Assembly: GCF_041914405.1 (NCBI RefSeq)
Contig: NZ_JAYSDK010000020.1
Coordinates: 11,077-75,076 of the forward strand
DNA from: Zoogloea sp.
GTDB lineage: Bacteria; Pseudomonadota; Gammaproteobacteria; Burkholderiales; Rhodocyclaceae
Direction of reading: 5' to 3'
DNA length: 64,000 nucleotides
Shown in pieces: positions 57,793-64,000 of the stretch. A model generated the notes under the pieces. It was given only the letters and a program-made list of their open reading frames with translations, ran no database searches and had not been told where the DNA came from. Position 1 is the stretch's first letter. Each line of letters begins with the position of its first letter. A program made the position numbers and the translations under genes.

Positions 57793-58737
57793 TTAGCGGA
57801 TGACGACGCCCCACGGAAGCTCCCCGACGGGGATTTCCTTGATGGCTTCGAGGCGCTCGGTATCGATCACCGACACGCTGTTGGAGCGGCCGTTGGCCAC
57901 ATAGAGTTTGCGGCCGTCAGGGGTGATGGCCATGTTCCAGGGGCGTTTGCCGACGGGGACGGTGGCTTCGACCTGATTGTCACTGGTGCGGATCACGCTG
58001 ACCGTGCCGTCCTTGCCGTTGGAGACGTAGGCACGGCTGCCATCCGGCGCCATGGCGACGCCGTTGGAGAAGTTGCCGGCCTTGATCTCGGCGATCACCT
58101 TGCGTTTGCCCATGTCGATCGCGTAGACCGTGCTGACCATCTCGCAGGCTACGTAGGCGCGCTTGCCGTCGGGCGTGAAGCCGATGCCGCGCGGGCGCTT
58201 GCCGACCTCGATCGAGGCGACCTGCTTGCGGGCCTTCACGTCGATCAGGTCCACCTGCTGGGCCTCTTCGGCGCTGACCAGCAGCCAGCGACCGTCAGGG
58301 CTGAACACCGCGTGTTCGGGGTTCTTGCCCTTGACCTTTATCTCGGCCAGCTTGAGCCGCTTGGCGGCGTCCAGGATTACGACACTGTTGGACTCTTCCA
58401 CTGCGGCGGCGATCAGTTTGCTGTCGGCCGACACGTTGACGCCTTCCGGTGATTCACCGAGGGGAATGGCCGCAATCTGTTTGCCTTCGGCGATACCCAC
58501 CACCACCAGGCTGTTGCTGGGTGCTTCGCTGACGAACAGGCTTTGTCCGTCGGTGGCAATGCCGCGTGGGCGCTGGCCCCCAGGCAGGTTGGCAACGACC
58601 TCGTCGGTGGCGGTGTCGATCACCGATACCGATGCGGACTTTTCGTTGGGAACGTAGGCGAAAGGAGCGGCGAGGGCGGCTCCCGGCAGCAGGATGCAGC
58701 TCGCCAGGAGCTGCCGCAAGGTGAAAGGCTGGGCCAT
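57793..58737 (-). CDS. YVTN-repeat beta-propeller protein (PQQ-dehydrogenase-associated)
   Basis: Repeats AYVPNEKSASVSVID, AYVSNGKDGTVSVI, LYVANGRSNSVSVID; VGKRPW/VGELPW. Confidence 0.88.
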   Translation of the reverse strand: MAQPFTLRQLLASCILLPGAALAAPFAYVPNEKSASVSVIDTATDEVVANLPGGQRPRGIATDGQSLFVSEAPSNSLVVVGIAEGKQIAAIPLGESPEGVNVSADSKLIAAAVEESNSVVILDAAKRLKLAEIKVKGKNPEHAVFSPDGRWLLVSAEEAQQVDLIDVKARKQVASIEVGKRPRGIGFTPDGKRAYVACEMVSTVYAIDMGKRKVIAEIKAGNFSNGVAMAPDGSRAYVSNGKDGTVSVIRTSDNQVEATVPVGKRPWNMAITPDGRKLYVANGRSNSVSVIDTERLEAIKEIPVGELPWGVVIR

Positions 58738-58741
58738 GGTC

Positions 58742-59587
58742 TCAGAGGGTTGGCTTGACGTAAGTGACGCCGTTGCGGGCGAAGATGGCTGCGACCGTGC
58801 CGTTTTTTTCGAGTTCCTTGAGTGCCTGGTCGATGGCGCCTGCCAGCCCGCTTTCCTCGGCCTTGACGGCCATCCCCAGCGGCCAGTTGCTGATCTTCAG
58901 CTCGGGCATCTGGACCACCTCGACAACGAAGCGGTTGTCCTTGCCAAGGGCGACTTCGATCTCCGAGCGCGGGCCCATCACGGCAGCCAGTTCACCCGCC
59001 TTGAGCTTGTCCACCGCGGCCGCCACGGTGCCGAAATGAACCACGTTTTCCCGCAGGCGGCCGTTCAGTACGCCGAGCAGGAAGGCATCCGCCAGGCTGC
59101 GGCCTTCGACGCCAATCTTCTCGCGGGTGAATACCTCCAGCGCCGTGGCAGCGGAGCCGCGGATCGAGCCGATGCGCTGCACCCGCGCAACTGCCACGGT
59201 TTCCAGGTGATAGGGGCCGAAGATCTTGACCTTGTCGTTCTTGCCCTGCAGATAGGAGTCCACCGGGACGTGCATCATGACGTCGGACGGTTGCGTGCCC
59301 AGGTAGTGCCCCTTCCAGACCATGTTACGCAGGTCGTCGTCCATGTCCTCGTCGGCGTTGTAGCCGATGACCTGGGGGTTCAGGCCGAGTTGCTTGGCAA
59401 GAGCTTCGGCGAGTTCCACGTCGATACCTTTGCCCTGGTTGGAGTAGGGGGCGAAATTGTTATAAACGGCAACCCGCAGGCTGCCGCGTTTCCTGATTTC
59501 TTCGAGTGCGTCGGCGCGGGCGGGCAGGCTGGCGGCCAGGGCTGCCGCGCCGGCAGCCAGCAGGAAACGGCGACGATCAGTCTTCAC
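58742..59587 (-). CDS. Periplasmic binding protein of the quinoprotein dehydrogenase-associated (MoxJ/XoxJ/PedG-like) type
   Basis: Tat-type RRRFL leader; GSLRVAVYNNFAPYS; GIDVELAEALAKQLG; overlaps the pedF stop. Confidence 0.8.
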   Translation of the reverse strand: MKTDRRRFLLAAGAAALAASLPARADALEEIRKRGSLRVAVYNNFAPYSNQGKGIDVELAEALAKQLGLNPQVIGYNADEDMDDDLRNMVWKGHYLGTQPSDVMMHVPVDSYLQGKNDKVKIFGPYHLETVAVARVQRIGSIRGSAATALEVFTREKIGVEGRSLADAFLLGVLNGRLRENVVHFGTVAAAVDKLKAGELAAVMGPRSEIEVALGKDNRFVVEVVQMPELKISNWPLGMAVKAEESGLAGAIDQALKELEKNGTVAAIFARNGVTYVKPTL

Positions 59588-60014
59588 GGACGGTCTCCAG
59601 CCAGGAGCGGATGGTCCACATGGCTTCCTGGCTCAGGATGCCTTCGAACGGGGGCATGTACACGCGGCCGTCGCGGGTGGCGCCGTGGCGGATGCGGTTC
59701 AGGAAGATCTCGTCGCCTTCCTGGCCGGCGGGCAGGTAGCGCAGGTCGGGGGCGATGCCGCCGGAGATCGCGCCGAGGCCGTGGCAGCGGGCGCAGTTCT
59801 GGTTGAAGGCCGAGGAGCCGATGCGGATTGCTTCCTTGTTGCCCAGGTAGGGGTTCTTCGGCAGCCAGTCCTTGCCGACGGAGGGCAGCGTCGAGGTGTC
59901 AACGGCCTGGGGGGTCACGTCACCGTGGGCGATGACGGCAGTTGCAGCCAGAGTCAGCGCAGCGGCGGAGAGGGCACGGAGGAGGGCGGAATTACGGACA
60001 GTCACCTGGGTCAC
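59577..60014 (-). CDS. pedF: Cytochrome c-550, PQQ alcohol dehydrogenase acceptor (PedF/ExaB)
   Basis: HGDVTPQAVDT; NPY; NQNCARCHGLGAISGGIAPDLR; YMPPFEGILSQEAMWTIRSWL. Confidence 0.92.
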   Translation of the reverse strand: MTQVTVRNSALLRALSAAALTLAATAVIAHGDVTPQAVDTSTLPSVGKDWLPKNPYLGNKEAIRIGSSAFNQNCARCHGLGAISGGIAPDLRYLPAGQEGDEIFLNRIRHGATRDGRVYMPPFEGILSQEAMWTIRSWLETVRED

Positions 60015-60084
60015 CTTTGGTCATGTGTTTGGAGTTCGTCGAGCGAAGCGCTGGTGGGCGAGTCGCCGTGTGTGCAGACCTTTC

Positions 60085-60100
60085 AGCAAGGGGCGTGCCA
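60085..60100 (-). promoter_or_regulatory. Sigma54 promoter of the pedF operon
   Basis: Minus strand reads TGGCACGCCCCTTGCT, full consensus. Confidence 0.88.
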
Positions 60101-60317
60101 ATTTTAGAAAGGCAGCGTCGTGAAATGGGACACCTTTGCCGCAACAGGTTTTTTCCAGTTTTCTTTATAGCTCTATAAACTGGCCTGGGTTTTGCTGATT
60201 GAGCGGGAGGGTGGAGCAGTCACATTGCTGAAATGTGGTCCAGCTGCTACATTTTGGCGCAGACTAAAATGCCGGCTCGAGCCGGCAGACAATCCGTCAA
60301 AACGGAGGAGGAGAGAG

Positions 60318-62354
60318 ATGATGCAGGTTCCTTTCAGCGCTGAGGCTCGGGCTATGAGTCTCCTGGAGGCGCGGTCGTTGTACTTCGGCCGAGGCGAGCT
60401 TCCGGAGGCCTTGCTTGACCAAAGCGTGTTGCGTTCCTGGGAGCGTTGCCGGCAGGCGGGTCTCGACCCCACCCGTCTCGAGTGTGGCGAGCCCAACGTG
60501 CGGGCAGTATCGGAGGCACGGGAGCGCAACCGGACGCTGATCTCCCACGCCGAGCCAGTTCTCGAGCATCTCTTCGAGCAGATCCGCAACTCTCACAGCA
60601 TGGTCATCCTTGCCGACGCCCGCGGCATGGTGTTGCAGACCTATGGCGATCCCGATTTCCTGAGCCACGCCGAGCAGGTGTCCCTGCACCCGGGGGCCAG
60701 CTGGCACGAATTCGACCGTGGCACCAACGCTATTGGTACGGCTCTCGCCGAGCGGGGGGCGGTCAATGTCTTCGGTTCCGAGCATTTTTACGAGGGCAAC
60801 GCCTTCCTGACCTGCAGCGCGTCCCCGATCCAGGATGCGCAGGGTCGCCTGATGGGGGTGCTGGACATCTCCAGTGACTATCGCGCGTTCCAGCGTCACT
60901 CCCTCGGCTTGGTGAAAATGTCGTCCCGCATCATCGAAAAGCGCCTCTTCGAATCCGAATTCGCCCATCAGGGCCTGCTTAGCTTCCATGCCCGCCCGGA
61001 CCACGTGGGCAGCATGTGCGAAGCGCTGCTGGCCATCTCGCCGGATGGCGACATCGTCGGCGCCGATCAGTCTGCCCTCGAACTGCTCGGTCTTCGTCGG
61101 GAGGATCTGCCCCGGCGTCACTACAGCATGCTGTTCGACGTGCCGCTGGGCACTTTGATCGATCGCGCACGGCGCGATCCGTCGTCCCTGATCGCGATTG
61201 CTGGCCGCAACGGTGAGCGCTTTTATGCGCGCCTGCGCGGCAATTTCGCGTCGATGCCGGTGTCGAGCCCGGTCGGCATGGAAACTCGCAGCGAGCGGCC
61301 CGCCCGCCCGGCCCGCGTGGAGGCGGCGGAGCCGGCCTCCCAGGTCCGCCTGACGCTGCACACCCTTGCCACCGGCGACGAGCGCCTGCAGGCCGCTATC
61401 GACAAGGGTGTGCGGGTGCTCGGCCGCGACATTCCGATCCTCATTCAGGGCGAATCCGGTGCCGGCAAGGAAATGTTCGCCAAGGCCTTCCACAACAGCG
61501 GGCCGCGGGCTCAAGGGCCGTTCGTTGCACTCAACTGCGCGGCGATTCCGGAGACCCTGATCGAGTCCGAACTGTTCGGCTATTCGGGTGGCGCCTTCAC
61601 TGGCGCCCGCAAGGAAGGTGCGGTTGGCAAGATCCAGCAGGCCCACGGCGGGACGCTGTTCCTCGACGAAATCGGTGACATGCCCCTGTCCCTGCAGGCC
61701 CGCCTGCTGCGGGTGTTGCAGGAGCGCTGCGTGACGCCGCTGGGGACCAACAAGAGTATTCCGGTGGACATCACCCTTGTCTGCGCTACCCACCGACGCC
61801 TGAAGGAAGAAGTGGCGCGCGGTGGTTTCCGCGAAGACTTGTACTACCGCCTCAACGGCTTGTGCATCAATCTGCCGTCCCTGCGCGAGCGCAGCGACAT
61901 CGATCGCCTGATCGACAAGCTGATGCGTGAGGAGGCCGGTCCCGACCGCCACGTGGAGGTCTCCCACAAGGTCATGCAGGCCTTCCTGAGCTATCGCTGG
62001 CCCGGCAACATCCGCCAGCTCAACAACGTCATCAAGGTGGCAATCGCGCTGCTCGATGATGATGAGCAGGTCATCGAAACCTGGCACCTTCCCGATGACA
62101 TCTTCGAGGAAATCGGCGAGACGGTGCCGGCGATGGCTTCCATCATGCAGGGACGCGGCATGCCTGCCGGTCTGGCTGACGGACCTGTCGCTGCGGCACC
62201 GGCGGCGGGGACGGCTAACTTCGGGCGCCTGGAGGAAATCGAGCGCGACATGATCCAGCGCACGCTCGAGGCCGAGAACGGCAATATCTCGGCGGCCGCA
62301 CGCCGGCTCGGTATCAGCCGCAACACCCTGTATCGCAAGCTCGGGCGTTTCTGA
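60318..62354 (+). CDS. AcoR-like sigma54-dependent activator (GAF-PAS-AAA+-Fis HTH), copy 2
   Basis: GGAGGAGGAG RBS; VLRSWERC; GTNAIGTAL; GESGAGKE; GAFTGA; LFLDEIGDMP; GISRNTLYRKL; divergent from pedF. Confidence 0.94.
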   Translation: MMQVPFSAEARAMSLLEARSLYFGRGELPEALLDQSVLRSWERCRQAGLDPTRLECGEPNVRAVSEARERNRTLISHAEPVLEHLFEQIRNSHSMVILADARGMVLQTYGDPDFLSHAEQVSLHPGASWHEFDRGTNAIGTALAERGAVNVFGSEHFYEGNAFLTCSASPIQDAQGRLMGVLDISSDYRAFQRHSLGLVKMSSRIIEKRLFESEFAHQGLLSFHARPDHVGSMCEALLAISPDGDIVGADQSALELLGLRREDLPRRHYSMLFDVPLGTLIDRARRDPSSLIAIAGRNGERFYARLRGNFASMPVSSPVGMETRSERPARPARVEAAEPASQVRLTLHTLATGDERLQAAIDKGVRVLGRDIPILIQGESGAGKEMFAKAFHNSGPRAQGPFVALNCAAIPETLIESELFGYSGGAFTGARKEGAVGKIQQAHGGTLFLDEIGDMPLSLQARLLRVLQERCVTPLGTNKSIPVDITLVCATHRRLKEEVARGGFREDLYYRLNGLCINLPSLRERSDIDRLIDKLMREEAGPDRHVEVSHKVMQAFLSYRWPGNIRQLNNVIKVAIALLDDDEQVIETWHLPDDIFEEIGETVPAMASIMQGRGMPAGLADGPVAAAPAAGTANFGRLEEIERDMIQRTLEAENGNISAAARRLGISRNTLYRKLGRF

Positions 62355-62462
62355 CACTGTTTTCCGGACGCGGAGTCAATCGGCTCCGCGTTCGATCTTC
62401 TGTTGCCGGTGGGCTTCGGGCTTGCGTCTGCTCGCTTCGGCATCCGCTCTGAACTCATTTCT

Positions 62463-62488
62463 AAAACCCTCCTTGCGAGGGTTTTTTT
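62463..62488 (+). terminator. Intrinsic terminator downstream of the activator
   Basis: AAAACCCTC-CTTGC-GAGGGTTTTTTT. Confidence 0.75.
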
Positions 62489-62507
62489 GTTTCTGGATGC
62501 GGCGCCC

Positions 62508-62577
62508 AAAAAGAAAAAGCCCGAGCTTCTGAAAGCCCGGGCTAAATCCACACCAAAGGAGGAGGGGTGGAGGAGAC
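62508..62577 (-). ncRNA. ~70-nt small RNA with anti-Shine-Dalgarno CUCCUCC seeds (resembles betaproteobacterial 'toxic' sRNA family)
   Basis: Minus strand GTCTCCTCCACCCCTCCTCCTTTGGTGTGGATTT, then AGCCCGGGCTT-TCAG-AAGCTCGGGCT-TTTTCTTTTT terminator; TAGAAT -10 at 62589-62584. Confidence 0.72.
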
Positions 62578-62783
62578 GAATCAATTCTAGTTGTAGTCAG
62601 TGCGCAGCATTTTTGAATATTTTTATTGAGTAATAAAACAAATTGTTGCGCTGCGGTCCGGTTGCATTGACGGAGTGCTTCGCATCCCGCGGGCCGCTGA
62701 TCCTTGCTGCGGCGGGTTCTCCGGCGGATTGTCGTGATCTGGATGTGTCTGGCGGCTTGACGAAATTTGAAACGTATGTATTA

Positions 62784-62801
62784 TTCAAACGTACGTTTTA
62801 A
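62784..62801. promoter_or_regulatory. PsrA-type operator
   Basis: TTCAAACGTACGTTTTAA versus CAAAC-N4-GTTTG, directly upstream of the TetR gene; second partial site TTTGAAACGTATG at 62766. Confidence 0.7.
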
Positions 62802-62827
62802 TTTTATCTCAAACCAACAGGTGTGCC

Positions 62828-63496
62828 ATGACCGACAGTCTCGCCAAGGGCCACGGAGATACGCGCAGCCGCATCCTTGATGTGGCGGAGGTTCTGTTCA
62901 TGGAGCAGGGCTTCGATGGTACCTCGATGCGCAGCATCACCAGCCACGCCGGCGTGAATCTGGCCGCAGTCAATTATCACTTCGGCTCCAAGGAGCAACT
63001 CATCCAGGAGGTGTTCCACCGCCGCCTAACCGAACTGAACCACATCCGCCTGACCCGCCTGCGGGAACTGCAGGCCGAAGCCGGCGATTTGCCTATCAAG
63101 CCCAGCCGCATCGTCGATGCCTTCTTCGGTACGGCGCTGCGCATGGCGTCCGATGTGGAGGGGGGCGGCCATACCTTCATGCGCCTGCTCGGTCGGACCT
63201 ACACCGAGCCACAATCCTTCGTGCGCAAATTTCTCGCCGAGGAATACGCAGAATGCGTCGAGCATTTTCTGGCCGCGCTGTACCAGGCGCTGCCGGAGGT
63301 GGATCGCAACGAGATCCTGTGGCGGTTCCATTTCATGATGGGGGCGATGTCCTACGCCATCGCCGGTACGGACGCGCTGCAACTGGTGACCGGCAAATTC
63401 GATGACGAGGATCCGTCGCGCCTCGAGTCGCGTCTGATGAGCTTCCTGCTCGGTGGCTTGCGTGCGCCGCTGGCGGACTTCGGGGTTGCACAGTAG
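62828..63496 (+). CDS. psrA: PsrA-like TetR regulator of fatty-acid degradation
   Basis: TRSRILDVAEVLFMEQGFDGTSMRSITSHAGVNLAAVNYHFGSKEQLIQEVF; WRFHFMMGAMS; upstream of fadE. Confidence 0.85.
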   Translation: MTDSLAKGHGDTRSRILDVAEVLFMEQGFDGTSMRSITSHAGVNLAAVNYHFGSKEQLIQEVFHRRLTELNHIRLTRLRELQAEAGDLPIKPSRIVDAFFGTALRMASDVEGGGHTFMRLLGRTYTEPQSFVRKFLAEEYAECVEHFLAALYQALPEVDRNEILWRFHFMMGAMSYAIAGTDALQLVTGKFDDEDPSRLESRLMSFLLGGLRAPLADFGVAQ

Positions 63497-63564
63497 GAAA
63501 AAAAGACATTGGTATATAAGAGACAGCGCGCTGCCAGGACGGCGCCGAGTAAAGGAGACTTGTG

Positions 63565-64000
63565 ATGTCCTATGTGTTCCTGTTGTCCCTGCCCGTTGTA
63601 CTGCTTGCGCTTGCCTACTGGCGGGCGCCGTTTGTCGCCTGGTATGGGGTGGGTTTGCCGTGGCTGGTGGTTTCGGTAATCACGGCCGGCTGGTCGCCGA
63701 TCCTGATGGCTGGCGTGATCGGTGGGGTGGCTGCTGTAGGTGCCGTGTTCCTGCTGCCAGGCCTGCGTCGCAGCCTCGTTACGGCGACGATCTTCAAGGC
63801 GTTCCGCAAGGCCCTGCCGTCCATGTCGCAAACCGAGAAGGATGCGCTGGAGGCTGGTACGGTGTGGTGGGAGGGCGAACTGTTCGCCGGTCGGCCGGAC
63901 TGGCGGAAGCTGCTGGCTTACCCGGTGCCGAAGCTCAGCACCGAGGAGCAGCGCTTCCTCGACGAGGACACTGCAGAACTGTGCCGCCTGACCCGCGACT
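63565..64000 (+). CDS. fadE: Membrane-anchored acyl-CoA dehydrogenase; 3'-truncated by window edge
   Basis: AAAGGAG RBS; N-terminal TM helices, then LPSMSQTEKDALEAGTVWWEGELFAGRPDWRKLL...LSTEEQRFLD (reading frame not listed in the ORF track). Confidence 0.92.
   Translation, partial: MSYVFLLSLPVVLLALAYWRAPFVAWYGVGLPWLVVSVITAGWSPILMAGVIGGVAAVGAVFLLPGLRRSLVTATIFKAFRKALPSMSQTEKDALEAGTVWWEGELFAGRPDWRKLLAYPVPKLSTEEQRFLDEDTAELCRLTRD

Noticed and set aside
1-64000. Prophage, IS, integron or defence island
   Set aside because: No integrase, transposase, tRNA attachment site, phage structural gene or nuclease cluster recognised; coding style is uniformly high-GC

Overview
GC-rich bacterial chromosomal segment, probably Betaproteobacteria (Rhodocyclales-like; inferred from gene style). 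No rRNA, tRNA, cas, integrase or transposase genes were seen. Left to right: a partial MCP; a TonB receptor with a CXXCH/TPR-like partner; purT; a MarR-glutamine amidotransferase-hypothetical-ClC module; a lone Pal; and a pyrimidine operon (URC1-like GTP cyclohydrolase II, URC4/DUF1688, upp, RutR-like TetR, codA) preceded by NtrC-like sites, a sigma54 promoter and a near-perfect RutR box. Next come a 610-bp intergenic array of four exactly phased DnaA-box units; a 2H phosphoesterase; a TonB receptor-PepSY pair; mdtABC plus an outer-membrane factor; patatin; a second MCP; TauE/LysR; and Fiu-PiuC-alpha-hydroxyacid oxidase under a Fur-like box. These are followed by YkgJ, WYL/VOC, a Czc-type RND system, bestrophin, cti and a GNAT. 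The right end holds a quinoprotein alcohol-oxidation accessory region (orphan kinase, three c-type cytochromes including pedF, two AcoR-like sigma54 activators), a probable anti-SD small RNA, psrA and the 5' part of fadE. The strongest leads are (1) a URC-type pyrimidine catabolic operon wired with Rut-type regulation, (2) the DnaA-box/IHF-like repeat array away from any origin gene, and (3) REP-like palindromes inserted in frame at three translationally coupled junctions of two RND operons. All product calls come from recognising motifs by eye; no database searches were run.
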